A stretch of 63,988 bases of DNA, counting the filler, from Candidatus Huberarchaeum crystalense (GTDB taxonomy: Archaea > Huberarchaeota > Huberarchaeia > Huberarchaeales > Huberarchaeaceae), in the NCBI GenBank assembly GCA_002790315.1. It is 5 parts of 5 records of this genome, joined end to end, with 100 filler letters (N's around TTAATTAATTAA, not from the genome) between each part and the next. Parts side by side here need not be neighbours in the genome. Positions count along the whole stretch, not along the records: positions 1 to 22,389 come from PFUW01000018.1; 4 more parts are not named here. One strand, written 5' to 3'. Position numbers and translations under genes: made by a program. Shown here piece by piece: positions 10,065 to 20,248 of the stretch; within the stretch, counting starts at the first letter, position 1, and each line of letters begins with the position of its first letter. Below the pieces are notes generated by a model. That model made no database searches and was not told the DNA's origin. It saw only the letters and a list, made by a program, of their open reading frames with translations.

Positions 10065-10604
10065 ATGGCTAAATACAAAACTTTACGAAGATTAGCGAGC
10101 GACATTTTGAAAGTTGGCGAAACTAAAATAAAGTTTGACGCAGGGTATGCTGATGATTTCAAGAGTTCTGTTACGCGCGAAGATGTTAAAGCGTTAATCA
10201 AAGCAGGCGCGATTTTCAAAGTAAAGAAAGTTGTCAAAAGTAAAGAAAAACAAGCAAAAAAAAATAAAAAGCAAGGCCAAGGACGAAAAAGAGGCACTAA
10301 AAATGCAAGAACCCCACGAAAAGAACAATGGGTGAAAAAAGTGCGCGCACAACGTGACGAATTAAAAAAAGCAGTAGAAAGTCTTAAACTTACTTCAAAA
10401 ACAAAGCGAAAATTTTATTCTCAAATTTCAGGAGGCAAATTTAAATCAAGAGCTGATCTGCGAAGGGGCCTTGAGTCAGAAAGAATGTCAGAAGAAAAAG
10501 ACAACCTTTCTAAATCAAAAGACAAAAAAACAAGATTAGGAAGAAATCAAGATGAAAGCCAAACAAAAAGACAAAAAAATAAGGAAGAAGGAAAATTAAG
10601 ATGA
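10065..10604 (+). CDS. rpl19e: 50S ribosomal protein eL19
   Basis: RRLASDILKVG, TREDVKALI, GQGRKRGTKNAR, WVKKVRAQR; charged C-terminal extension; start moved to ATG 10065. Confidence 0.92.
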   Translation: MAKYKTLRRLASDILKVGETKIKFDAGYADDFKSSVTREDVKALIKAGAIFKVKKVVKSKEKQAKKNKKQGQGRKRGTKNARTPRKEQWVKKVRAQRDELKKAVESLKLTSKTKRKFYSQISGGKFKSRADLRRGLESERMSEEKDNLSKSKDKKTRLGRNQDESQTKRQKNKEEGKLR

Positions 10605-11029
10605 AAGCAAGGCAAATTTACAAAAGACGGCGCAAAGGCAAGACATATTATCAAAAGCGAATAAAACTTTTGCTTTCAAGATTGCCAAGATTAGTTGTTA
10701 GATTTACAAACAAACACATTATTTGCCAAATAGTTGAATATAAAGAAAAAGGAGATCTTGTAAAAGCAACTTGTTTTGATAATAAAAATCAAGAGGGCTG
10801 CCAAAAAGCAGGTGTAAAAATTGGAGAAAAGGCAAAAGAGCTTGGAATTAAAAAAATGATTTTGGATTTAGGGCTTGGGAAAAATAAAGCAAGAGTTGTA
10901 GCGTGCGCGCGCGGTGTTTTAAGCACAGATGTTGATTTGCCATTTTCATTTGATGAAAGTAAAAAAGAAGATAAAGATAAAACTAAAAAAAATGAAGAAA
11001 AACCAAAAGTAAAGAAAGAGCAGAATTAG
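10601..11029 (+). CDS. rpl18: 50S ribosomal protein uL18
   Basis: KRRRKGKTYYQKRIKLL, PRLVVRFTNKHIICQ, ILDLGL; follows eL19. Confidence 0.9.
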   Translation: MKARQIYKRRRKGKTYYQKRIKLLLSRLPRLVVRFTNKHIICQIVEYKEKGDLVKATCFDNKNQEGCQKAGVKIGEKAKELGIKKMILDLGLGKNKARVVACARGVLSTDVDLPFSFDESKKEDKDKTKKNEEKPKVKKEQN

Positions 11030-11071
11030 TTGGCATGGTAGAGCGCGCCTTTTTACTTTGTTAAAAAATAT

Positions 11072-11963
11072 ATGGTTGATTTAGACAATAAAAATAACAG
11101 AGGAACAAAAGAAAAAGAGAGCGGTGTTGAAGCAGAGAAATTATCTGATTCAAAAATATCAACAATATCTCTGCCTAAAAATCAAGAAAACCAAACCCCT
11201 GATAGTGTTTTTGTTAAAAAAGCTGCTGAAAATATAGCAGAACCTGAAAAACAAGATAATATAGCAGAACCTGAANNNNNNNNNAAGAAATTTTTCAAGT
11301 AATCGCCGCGAACCAGAACAAAGCGCGCCAATTGTTGTTAAAACGCGCCTCGGAAAGCAAGCAATAGAAGGAAAAATAACAGAAGAGCAACTGCTTGAAA
11401 AAAGAAAGCAAATTTTAGAAACTGCAATAGTTGATAAAGTTTTTCCTGAATTGGAACACCAATATATTGAACTTGGCTATATTATTGGAAAAGGAGGAGC
11501 AGGTGTTAGAGGAATATTTTTGAACACACAGCGAAAGCATAAGAGCGGAAACAGAACCTCATCTAAAACTTTGTGTGTGGTCGGAAATAAAAAAGGAGTT
11601 ATAGGTTATGGTTATGCAAGTGGCGGGGCAGATAAGATGCGTGCAAAAGACAAGAGTTTAACTGTTGCAAAAAAAAGCATTTTTAAATTTAATAGAGGAA
11701 GCGGTTCTTGGGAAACCAGCGATGCAAAAGAAGAACATAGCTTGCCATTTAAAGTTGAAGGCAAAGTCGGCGCAGTCAGAGTTATTTTGATTCCTGCTCC
11801 AAAAGGTACAGGTATTGTTGCGTCAAAAGAATTGAAAAAAGTTATTCAATTAGCAGGTATTGAAGATGTTTATTGTAATGTGCGTGGGTCCTTGAAAAAC
11901 AGATTGGGTGCAACAAAAGCACTAATTAAGGCCTTGGACAAAACAACAAGGATGCGGGGCTAA
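11072..11963 (+). CDS. rps5: 30S ribosomal protein uS5 (spans N gap; long N-terminal extension)
   Basis: After the gap KTRLGK..EGKI, VVGNKKGVIGYG, GSGSWE, HSLPFKVEGK, PAPKGTGIVA; N-terminal NIAEPEKQD repeat at the gap. Confidence 0.9.
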
Positions 11964-11964
11964 A

Positions 11965-12522
11965 ATGTTAAAAAAACTCGCAAAAAACACAAAGTTTGTG
12001 GCAAAAAAACCAATAAGCATTATAACCAACATCAAAACACCAGAAACAGCAAAATTGTTGTTTGTCTACCGCATCAGAGGAACAGTTAGTGTGAGGGATA
12101 CTATTCGAGAGACAATGAGGGTGCTTAATCTTCAATATTCTCATCGCGCAACTCTTTTGTCAAATACAAAGCAAACCCGGGGTTTTTTAAAGAAAATTAA
12201 GGATTTTATAACATATGGGGCATTATCTAAGGAAGCAGTAAAACTACTACTTGAAAAAAGGGCGCGCATTCTTGGAGACAAATTGCTTACAGAAGAATAT
12301 TTATCTAAAAACACAAAATACAAAACATTTGACAAACTCGCAGACGCACTATTTAAAGGAGAACTTTTGTACAAGGATATTCCAAATATTAAGAACTATT
12401 TTAAACTACCTCCTGCTAAAGGCGGATTTGGACGAAAAGGTGTTAAAAAAACATATCCTATTGGTGGCGCGCTCGGAGACCGTGGGGTTAAAATTGATGA
12501 ATTTATTAAAAGAGTTGTATAA
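11965..12522 (+). CDS. rpl30: 50S ribosomal protein uL30
   Basis: RIRGTV, KIKDFITYG, FKLPPAKGGF, GGALGDRG; follows uS5. Confidence 0.9.
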   Translation: MLKKLAKNTKFVAKKPISIITNIKTPETAKLLFVYRIRGTVSVRDTIRETMRVLNLQYSHRATLLSNTKQTRGFLKKIKDFITYGALSKEAVKLLLEKRARILGDKLLTEEYLSKNTKYKTFDKLADALFKGELLYKDIPNIKNYFKLPPAKGGFGRKGVKKTYPIGGALGDRGVKIDEFIKRVV

Positions 12523-12782
12523 GTTTGTAAGCATATTTTACTATAGATTTTGTTAATTTTTCAATATATTGGTTGTTTGGATTAAGATATGTAAAATCTA
12601 CTTTGATATTGTAAGGTAAGGATATATTCTTCTTTGAATTTTTATTGCGTTTAATATTGTATTTAAGAATGTTGTCAAGGAAGTTAAACATAATATTCGT
12701 TAGATAGTAATACTTCTAATTAAAGACAAATAAACTTTTGCTAAATAAGTTAAAAATAGATAAACTTTTGCTAAATATATTA

Positions 12783-12897
12783 TGTTAACGACCATAGCAT
12801 AGAGGAAACACCTGGTCCCATTCTGAACCCAGAAGTTAAGCTCTGCGCGCGCGTATTTGTACTGCCTACGGGTGGGAAGATTTGCGTGTTGTTAACA
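12783..12897 (+). rRNA. rrf: 5S rRNA (stand-alone)
   Basis: GACCATAGC, ACACCTGGTCCCATTCTGAACCCAGAAGTTAAGC and GTACTG..GGGAA motifs; terminal helix TGTTAAC/GTTAACA. Confidence 0.9.
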
Positions 12898-12990
12898 TAT
12901 TTTTGTTTTTGATTCTTATTTTTCTACAAAATATTATTGCTAAAAAATTTAGTGTTAGTATTATTCAAAAACAAAATAAACTAACACAAT

Positions 12991-13737
12991 ATGTTTTTTG
13001 TCAAAAATTACACCCAAAATCCTTTAAATTGTTTCCTTTTTAAANNNNNNNNNNNNAATGATATTTTAAAAGAGGCAAAATTCAAGATGACCAATGATGG
13101 TGTTCATATGTCTGCCACTGACCCTGCGAAAATTATAATGATTGTGCTTGATATTCCCCGAACTGGCTTTGACGAATATATTTGTGAAAAAGAAGTAGAA
13201 TTAGGGGTTAGTATTGAAGAATTTTACAATGTGCTGAAGCGCGCAAATAAAGGTGAAACAGTGCAAATTGAAAATATTGACAATAAACTTAAAATTATAA
13301 CTACAGGTAAAGTTACGCGCGAATTTGTGCTTCCTTTGATTGAATCAATTGAAGATGCTCCGAAAATAACAACAGGAGAATTTTCAGCAAAAATAGTTGC
13401 AGAAACAGACATTATTGTTACTGCTATTGATGATGCTTCAATTATTTCTGATGAGTTGGTTTTTAAAGCCACACAGGGGAATTTTGAAGTTGCTGCAAAA
13501 AGCGAATTTCACTCAACAAATCTCAATCTAATCAAAGACAAATTAATTGATCTAAATGTTAAAGAGAGCGCGCAATCTACTTTCTCTATTGACTATTTGC
13601 GCAGAATTTTTGCCACTTCAAAACTCGCGCCAGTCGCAGAACTTAATATTAGCACTAACCATATAGGTAAATTTTCGTTTAGCGCGACAGATATGTTTAG
13701 AATGTATTTCCTGCTTGCTCCAAGAACAACAGATTAA
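12991..13737 (+). CDS. pcn: PCNA sliding clamp (N-terminus crosses N gap)
   Basis: ATDPAKIIMI, LKRANKGE, REFVLPLI, STFSIDYL, FLLAPR. Confidence 0.9.
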   Translation: MFFVKNYTQNPLNCFLFKXXXXNDILKEAKFKMTNDGVHMSATDPAKIIMIVLDIPRTGFDEYICEKEVELGVSIEEFYNVLKRANKGETVQIENIDNKLKIITTGKVTREFVLPLIESIEDAPKITTGEFSAKIVAETDIIVTAIDDASIISDELVFKATQGNFEVAAKSEFHSTNLNLIKDKLIDLNVKESAQSTFSIDYLRRIFATSKLAPVAELNISTNHIGKFSFSATDMFRMYFLLAPRTTD

Positions 13738-13776
13738 ATTAATTGAAAATATTAAAAATAAAAATTCTCTGATTTT

Positions 13777-13846
13777 AATAAGGTTTGGTTAGTATCACTC
13801 ATAAACCATGCTTTTAATAGGATTTTGAAGATAAAAATGGCTTAAT
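13777..13846 (+). repeat. Dispersed ~70-bp intergenic repeat, copy 2
   Basis: Matches 457-528. Confidence 0.85.
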
Positions 13847-13904
13847 AATATAAACTTTTTCCTAAAACAATATATAAAATATATAAATATATGCTAAATA
13901 ACAT

Positions 13905-14240
13905 ATGCCGAGGAGATCAGGAGGTTTAAGATCAGGTACGCGCTATAAATTGCGAATTAAAAGCAGAGATAAAGGAGCACATAATATTGCAAAACAATTG
14001 CAAGATTTTAAAAAAGAGGATATTGTTATGATTAGAACAATTGCAAATTGTCATTCTGGAATGCCAAATTCTCGCTTTTTGGGCAAGCAAGGGAAAATTG
14101 TTGGTAAAAAAGGTAGATGTTATGCTGTTTCGGTTTTAGATGGTAGCAAGGCAAAAATAGTAGTTGCACATCCAGTACATCTTCAAAAGCTTGGCGGACT
14201 AGCAGTACAAATAAGTAAAACTAATGAGGGAGTAGTATAA
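13905..14240 (+). CDS. rpl21e: 50S ribosomal protein eL21
   Basis: MPRRSGGLRSGTRYKL, GMPNSRFLGKQG, AHPVHL. Confidence 0.92.
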   Translation: MPRRSGGLRSGTRYKLRIKSRDKGAHNIAKQLQDFKKEDIVMIRTIANCHSGMPNSRFLGKQGKIVGKKGRCYAVSVLDGSKAKIVVAHPVHLQKLGGLAVQISKTNEGVV

Positions 14241-14269
14241 ATGGTGAAAATTAGTAGGAGTATGATTTA

Positions 14270-14593
14270 ATGGGAGATATTCTTGAAATAAAAAACATTA
14301 CAGTTGCTGAAGCAAAAGAAATTATAAATACTCAATTGAAAGATAAAAAAGATTTGTCGCTTGCTGAGGGAAAAATTAAGGATTTTTTTAACAAAACAAC
14401 AACACCTTCTGTTGAAAAAGTTAGGGTGCAGGCAAAAGAACTTGACTCTTTAGGTTTGCCTTTTGAGTTGGTTGTTCAACTTTTAGACATGCAACCGCAA
14501 GACACAGATGATTTGCGTTTAGCATTTTCAAAGCAGCTTGTTGATTATGATTCATCAATGCAAACAAAGATACTTAAAGTATTTAGGGCGTGA
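14270..14593 (+). CDS. rpo4: RNA polymerase subunit Rpo4 (F)
   Basis: ITVAEAKEII, LLDMQPQDTDDLR; conserved eL21-Rpo4-DUF655 synteny. Confidence 0.8.
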   Translation: MGDILEIKNITVAEAKEIINTQLKDKKDLSLAEGKIKDFFNKTTTPSVEKVRVQAKELDSLGLPFELVVQLLDMQPQDTDDLRLAFSKQLVDYDSSMQTKILKVFRA

Positions 14594-15159
14594 AAATGAT
14601 TGAAGGAAAGGACGAAATTGGTTATGTACTTGATTTTTTTATGCCAACAGATAGAAAGTCATTTAGATCAAAACACACTTCATTAGTTCAAATAATAGGA
14701 AACAAGACCTTTTATTTGCTAGAATGCGTGCCACGGCTTGGTGCTACTTTTATACCTGGCGAGAAAATATATATTGGAGACCAGAAGCGAGATAAAATTC
14801 AATATATTGCAGGAACTGTATTTCCGTCAAGCATGACACGGAGCGCGCGCCTAAATTTGCTTGATGTTTGCAAAAAAATTGTTGCAGATAATGAGCAGAA
14901 ATTTATTAAATTTATTAATATTGCTCCTCCAATTTCAGCACAGCACCACAGTTTAGGAATGCTTCATGGAATAGGGCCACACAATTTGAGAGATATTTTG
15001 GAAGAGCGCGCAAAAAAGCCTTTTGAGAGTTATGATGATTTTAAAGTACGTACTGATATAAATATTAAACCAATACTTGCAGAACGATTAAAGCGCGAGA
15101 TAGAGGGAAATGAAATTGTTTGTTTATTTGTTACGCGCAGAACACCAGAAGAAAGGTAG
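14590..15159 (+). CDS. DUF655 putative RNA-binding protein
   Basis: VLDF, QIIG..FYLLE, KIYIG..RDKI, HSLGMLHGIG, PFESYDD; synteny. Confidence 0.88.
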   Translation: MKMIEGKDEIGYVLDFFMPTDRKSFRSKHTSLVQIIGNKTFYLLECVPRLGATFIPGEKIYIGDQKRDKIQYIAGTVFPSSMTRSARLNLLDVCKKIVADNEQKFIKFINIAPPISAQHHSLGMLHGIGPHNLRDILEERAKKPFESYDDFKVRTDINIKPILAERLKREIEGNEIVCLFVTRRTPEER

Positions 15160-15207
15160 TTGCGATTTTGTTTAAGATTGTATTTTAGAAAAAATTTTAA
15201 AAACTTT

Positions 15208-15759
15208 ATGAACAATTATTTTATTGCCATTAAGTTGCCATCTGATATTGTAGCAAGCGTTTTCTCTGTTGGCGCGCAAATCAATGAGTTTAGCAAATCA
15301 ACAATTGTGTCTTATGAAAATTTACATATTTCTCTTAAATTTTTAGGTGGAGCACTTTCTGATAGACAAGTTGAAGAAGTAAAGAGCGCGCTGCAATCAA
15401 TCAAATCAAAAATATTTTTGATTCAACTGCGCGGCATAGGTGCATTTCCTTCACAGCAATTTGCGCGTGTTATATGGCTTGGAGTTGAAGAATCAAAACC
15501 GCTTTTTGGTTTAAGAAAGCAAATTGATGCTGTTTTGCCACCATTATCTCAAGCAGATGTTCACAACTTTGTTCCACATTTGACACTCAGTAGAATAATT
15601 TCTGTTTTTGATAAATTAAAAATGGCGCGCTTTTTCAAGCTCTATAAAAAAACAGATTTTGGAGTTTTTGAGGTTAAGGAGTTTTATTTTATGATGAGCA
15701 AAACCTCAAAGATAAGAACAACATATGAAGTTTTGGCAAGTTATAGTCTTGTGAATTAA
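15208..15759 (+). CDS. thpR: RNA 2',3'-cyclic phosphodiesterase (2H family, ThpR/LigT)
   Basis: Two HxT/S motifs: LHISLKFLG and PHLTLSR; GAFP..ARVIW. Confidence 0.88.
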   Translation: MNNYFIAIKLPSDIVASVFSVGAQINEFSKSTIVSYENLHISLKFLGGALSDRQVEEVKSALQSIKSKIFLIQLRGIGAFPSQQFARVIWLGVEESKPLFGLRKQIDAVLPPLSQADVHNFVPHLTLSRIISVFDKLKMARFFKLYKKTDFGVFEVKEFYFMMSKTSKIRTTYEVLASYSLVN

Positions 15760-15827
15760 TAGAGCATTTATGAATTTGGCAAGTTATAGTCTTGTGAATT
15801 AATAGAGCATTTATGAATTTGGCAAGT
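15734..15827. repeat. 43-bp tandem repeat starting inside the thpR 3' end, cut by N gap
   Basis: TGGCAAGTTATAGTCTTGTGAATTAATAGAGCATTTATGAATT at 15734 and 15777, partial at 15820. Confidence 0.9.
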
Positions 15828-15837
15828 NNNNNNNNNN

Positions 15838-16406
15838 CCTTTTGTTTGTTTTGTTTCAGTTATTTCATTATGTCGCTGCTGTTCTTTTAATTTTTTTTTT
15901 CCATTATCAGCAAACCCATTAAAACAAGTTTCATATTTTTCAATAAGTTTGTCTGTTTTATTAGAGTATTCATTTATTTTATTTATATATTCATTTAATA
16001 TATCTTTGATTTTGTCTTTATTTGAGATTATATAAGACACTCCAACCAAAGGACTTGTTAACGCATTTGAAATAAGAAGCCATTTTGTTATTTCATAATC
16101 GCCTGTTGCTGTCGCGCCAATAACGCTACCAATATATGTCAAAAGCCCTAATTTGTATGCTTTTAGAGAAACATTTGTTTTTGTGTCTTCTTTCATGTCG
16201 CAGTAAAACTTCCACGCAAACGGAAAACATATTGCGCTTAGTGAAAAGCCACCACTAGCCCCGCCTAAATAATACCACAAGTTCTTGATATATTTATTGC
16301 TTGTTGCTCTTTCTGATATGTTGTATTCAACAACGTTTTTTAATTTTTTTTTTTTGTTGGTTTTTAATTGGTTGTATCTTTTTGTTTTATTATTTAACCA
16401 AGCCAT
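15838..16406 (-). CDS. Hypothetical membrane protein (3' end in N gap)
   Basis: ORF with 2-3 Gly-rich hydrophobic segments and a coiled-coil tail. Confidence 0.6.
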
Positions 16407-16457
16407 ATTATATTTGTATTAAAAAGGAGTTTTTAAACTATTGTATTATAATATATT

Positions 16458-17189
16458 ATGAAAGAAGAAATAAACTATGAAGATGAAGTAAAAAAATATC
16501 TACAATCACCAACCCCAAGAGTGGAGAAAGTAAATAAAATACTTTAATATATAGAAAAAAAACAATATATTTCTGCTTATGATTCAATTTTTTCTTTAGA
16601 ACCTGAAGAACAAAAAGATTTAAAAGAGAGATTAGGAGAGAAAGGGTTAAAGAAGTTAACCTATGAGATAGCAAAGAAAGCTTTCTATATGTCTATTTAT
16701 TATTTAGGTAAAATGGCTAAAAGTAAGAATATTGAGGATATTAATAAGAATTATTGTCTTGCAGTAGATGGAATAGGAATGATAGATAGAATAGTATCTT
16801 GTGCTTTTCTTTTCTATAGAATACCTAAAGAGGGGGGAGAGTTTAAAGCTTTGAATGAAGAAGGAAGGAGAATAATTGCAAACTATATAGAAAAAACCAA
16901 ATCCTCACTATTACCAGAAGCAAGTTCAACAAAAGTTTTTTACGAAAATTTAATAGATCTTCTTAATGATACTCATGCTTTTGTTATGGAAAAACAAAAA
17001 AACTATAACCTTGCTGTTCAAGAAAAAACCGACACAGACAACATAAACAAAATACCTATTCAAGGAGAAAACAACACAAAAGATAACAGCGGTGTAACAA
17101 TGGTTTTGTTTGTTTTTGTTCTGGTATTAGCAGTATTTTTAATAGGTTCAGCAATCCTAACGAGCTTGCCATTCACTATGTTTGATTAA
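16458..17189 (+). pseudogene. Tail-anchored hypothetical protein interrupted by one in-frame TAA (16545-16547)
   Basis: ATG 16458 MKEEINYEDEVKKYLQSPTPRVEKVNKIL*YIEKKQY... continues in frame into ORF 16689-17189; C-terminal TM. Confidence 0.65.
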
Positions 17190-17229
17190 GACAAAGACAA
17201 CAACATAAAACAACTTTAAAAATTAAAAC

Positions 17230-18573
17230 TTATTCAAACTGCTGCTCCATTGCGCGCATCATATTTTTGTATTTTTTTGGCATTTTTCCGTCTTGTGCTT
17301 CTCCAAGCATTGTTTTCATTAGTTTAAACTGCTTAAAAAACTCTGCAACCTCACGCTCAGGAACCCCGCTTCCTTGCGCGATTCGTTTTATTCTTGATAA
17401 ATTGATTATCTCGGGGTTTTTTCTCTCATCTTTTGTGCAAGAATCAATAACAAATTTGTATTTTTTCAATTTTTCTTCGCCAACTTCAAGCATATCATCA
17501 GGAATTTTTTGCGAAAAAAGAGGAAGCTTACTGATAATACTTTTAAGCGGACCTAATTTTTTCATTGAGTTCATTTGGCTATAAAAAGTGTTTAAATCAA
17601 ACTGACTAATGTCGCTAATGTTTGTATCTTCTAGTTCTTTGCTTTTTTTCAAATCTTCAATTTTTTCCATTAATGTCTGAATATCTCCGTATCCTAGAAG
17701 CTCTGAAACAAATCTTTGCGAATTAAATTGCTCAAATTGCTCCATTTTTTCACCTGTTCCAATAAAATACACTGGCGCGCCAGTCATTGCACTTGCAGTG
17801 ATTGCTCCTCCGCCTTTGGCAGAAGAGTCCATTTTTGTTAAGATTACTCCATTAATTCCAACAGCATTTTTAAATAGTTCTGCTTGTTTTTTTGCACTTT
17901 GCCCAATGTCTGCACCAAGAACCAAAAAGCGATAGTCTGGTCTTATTTCTTTTGTTATATATTTTATTTCTTCAACAAGCCCTTTGTCAAGCATTGATCT
18001 TCCTGCTGTATCAAAAATCAAAACATCAAAATTATTTTTATAAGTGTTGATTTCGCTTTTCCATTTTTCTACAACCTGCTTAATGTCTTTGCTTTTTTTA
18101 TCAATAAATACAGGAACTTCAATTTGTTGTCCTATTTGCTCGATCTGGTCCATTGCCCCCGGCCTTGTTGTGTCAAGTCCAAACAAAGCTGCGCGCTTTC
18201 CTTTTCGCTTGAAATATAGCGCAAGTTTACCTGCTGTTGTTGTCTTGCCATTTCCAAACAGCCCACAAAGCAAAATAGAAATAGGTTTTCCTTTTTTTAA
18301 TTCAAATTTTGTTTCAGCTCCGCAAATTTTTGCAAGCTCTTTGTATAAAGTAGTAATAAGGTGGTCGCTCGCAGTAGAAATCGCATTTTCTTTTAGTACA
18401 GTTGATTTAATCTTTTCGCTGAGTTGAAACACAAGTTCTACATCAACATCTGCGCGAATAAGAGCGCGCTGCAATTCCAAAATCACTTTCTCAACTTCTT
18501 GTTTATTCAGCTGATTTTTTCCACTAATATTTTCTATAATTTTGCAAAGAGATTTGCTTAGATTGTCTAACAT
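17230..18573 (-). CDS. srp54: Signal recognition particle protein SRP54
   Basis: ALIRADV, GLFGNGKTTT, DTAGR, TKMDSSAKGGG, Met-rich M domain with SRIKRIAQGSG. Confidence 0.96.
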   Translation of the reverse strand: MLDNLSKSLCKIIENISGKNQLNKQEVEKVILELQRALIRADVDVELVFQLSEKIKSTVLKENAISTASDHLITTLYKELAKICGAETKFELKKGKPISILLCGLFGNGKTTTAGKLALYFKRKGKRAALFGLDTTRPGAMDQIEQIGQQIEVPVFIDKKSKDIKQVVEKWKSEINTYKNNFDVLIFDTAGRSMLDKGLVEEIKYITKEIRPDYRFLVLGADIGQSAKKQAELFKNAVGINGVILTKMDSSAKGGGAITASAMTGAPVYFIGTGEKMEQFEQFNSQRFVSELLGYGDIQTLMEKIEDLKKSKELEDTNISDISQFDLNTFYSQMNSMKKLGPLKSIISKLPLFSQKIPDDMLEVGEEKLKKYKFVIDSCTKDERKNPEIINLSRIKRIAQGSGVPEREVAEFFKQFKLMKTMLGEAQDGKMPKKYKNMMRAMEQQFE

Positions 18574-18951
18574 ATGTTTTTTAATTTTTGAGTATTTTTG
18601 TGTTTAATTTTATTACTAATATCTTGCGAGGATAAAGTTAATTGTTGTTATATTAATAATTTGTTTATGATATTTATTATACTATAGCAAACCCAACAAT
18701 CTATTTTTCTTTAGGTTTAGTTAAATTTGCTAAAGTTGTGTTAAAGTGACAATAGTTATTAAAAGGAAGGTATTTATAAGAGCAGATTTATTATTTTTTG
18801 TATATATTCTTTAGTCACATTATCTATCACATCTGACTTAAATATTTTTTGTATATTTTTTTCAAATGTTAAAAAGGGTTCGTAGGTTGTGGTTGAGTCA
18901 GTTGAATTATGATTTATATATTTTTTAGCAATATTGATTTATAAAAAAAAT

Positions 18952-19440
18952 ATGGTTTATAAAAGGCCTTCTTGGGATGAGTATTTTATGAAAATTGTAG
19001 ACGTTGTTGGCTTGCGATCCACTTGTGACAGAGGGCGCGCAGGTTGCGTAATTGTAAAAAATAACCATATTTTATCTATAGGTTATGTTGGCTCTCCGCC
19101 AGGGTTACCACATTGCGATGAAATAGGGCATTTAATAATCAAATCAACAGAAGAAGGTGATAATTCAGGAAAATTGCATGATCATTGTGTTCGTACAATA
19201 CACGCAGAACAAAATGCCATATGTCACGCAGCTAGAATGGGGGTGGCGTTAGAAGGAGCAACACTTTATGTTAAAATGGAGCCTTGTCCTGTTTGCTGCC
19301 ATCTAATAATTGCTGTGGGTATAAAAAGAGTTGTGTGTCAATATAAATATCACACTGCTAAACAAACTAGAGATTTGTTTAGACAAGCAAAGATTCAACT
19401 CGTTGTTTTGGAAAATAAAGAAGTGGAATATAAAAAATAG
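18952..19440 (+). CDS. dCMP deaminase family protein
   Basis: RPSWDEYFM, RSTC, HAEQNAI, PCPVC zinc motifs. Confidence 0.92.
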   Translation: MVYKRPSWDEYFMKIVDVVGLRSTCDRGRAGCVIVKNNHILSIGYVGSPPGLPHCDEIGHLIIKSTEEGDNSGKLHDHCVRTIHAEQNAICHAARMGVALEGATLYVKMEPCPVCCHLIIAVGIKRVVCQYKYHTAKQTRDLFRQAKIQLVVLENKEVEYKK

Positions 19441-19456
19441 TTTTTTTTGCTTTCTG

Positions 19457-20248
19457 TTATTTTATGTTTTTTGTGGGTTTGATTTTCATTTTTTTCATAA
19501 CTTCATCAACTTGCTTGTGGCTATTCTCTAAACTTCCCGAATTGTCAATAAAATAATCAGATATTGCTAAAATATTTCCCATTCCTTGTTTTAGTTCGCG
19601 CCGAGTGCGTTTGTTGAAATTTGCGCGCGAATCAGCGCCTTCATCATCATATCTGTTGCGATTCTTTGATCTTTTATACCGCATATCTGCGTCTAAATTT
19701 ACTGCGAGCTGTTTGAAAGGGCCTAACAATTTGTTTAGTTGTTTATAAGAGTATATTGTTTTAATTCCAGAAACTACAAACTTTTTTATATCCCTCTTTT
19801 TTTGCTTTTCAATTTTTTCAATTACTTTGTCAATAATGTATTTGTCTTTGTATTTTTTAAATAAATAGGTTGCTGCCCACAACACATTTTTTTTATTTGC
19901 AACACTCCTTTCTTGTTTAGCAAAATCCCTGACAATATTTCCTGTTTCAATATGGTAAAAACCATATTTTTCGGCAAGATGTTTTGCGATTGATGATTTT
20001 CCAGAAGAGGGCAAGCCAACAACAGCTACAACTGTTATTTTGTCTTTTGTTTTAGTGGTTTTTGTATTGCTTCCTATATTTTTAATCTTTAATTGTTTCT
20101 TGACAAGATTTTCAGCAAGGTTGTTTTTTATCTCCATATTTTTAATCTTTAATTGTTTCTTGACAAGATTTTCAGTAAATTTATTTTTATTTAATCTAAT
20201 TTTTGTTATTTTTAATTTCTTGTTATCTTTAATTTTCGCTACCATCAA
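19457..20248 (-). CDS. P-loop nucleotide kinase (dephospho-CoA kinase-like), Lys-rich repeated N-terminus
   Basis: VVGLPSSGKS Walker A, GNIVR, DYFIDNSG; ENLVKKQLKIKN repeated (60-bp period). Confidence 0.75.
   Translation of the reverse strand: MMVAKIKDNKKLKITKIRLNKNKFTENLVKKQLKIKNMEIKNNLAENLVKKQLKIKNIGSNTKTTKTKDKITVVAVVGLPSSGKSSIAKHLAEKYGFYHIETGNIVRDFAKQERSVANKKNVLWAATYLFKKYKDKYIIDKVIEKIEKQKKRDIKKFVVSGIKTIYSYKQLNKLLGPFKQLAVNLDADMRYKRSKNRNRYDDEGADSRANFNKRTRRELKQGMGNILAISDYFIDNSGSLENSHKQVDEVMKKMKIKPTKNIK

Noticed and set aside
11072-11451. Apparent split or frameshift in uS5 (also PCNA, eS1, Rqc2, flavodoxin, 46272 gene)
   Set aside because: The breaks coincide with N gaps of arbitrary length and are assembly artefacts.
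16545-16547. Alternative genetic code
   Set aside because: TAA, TAG and TGA all end conserved genes at expected positions, and no suppressor tRNA was seen.
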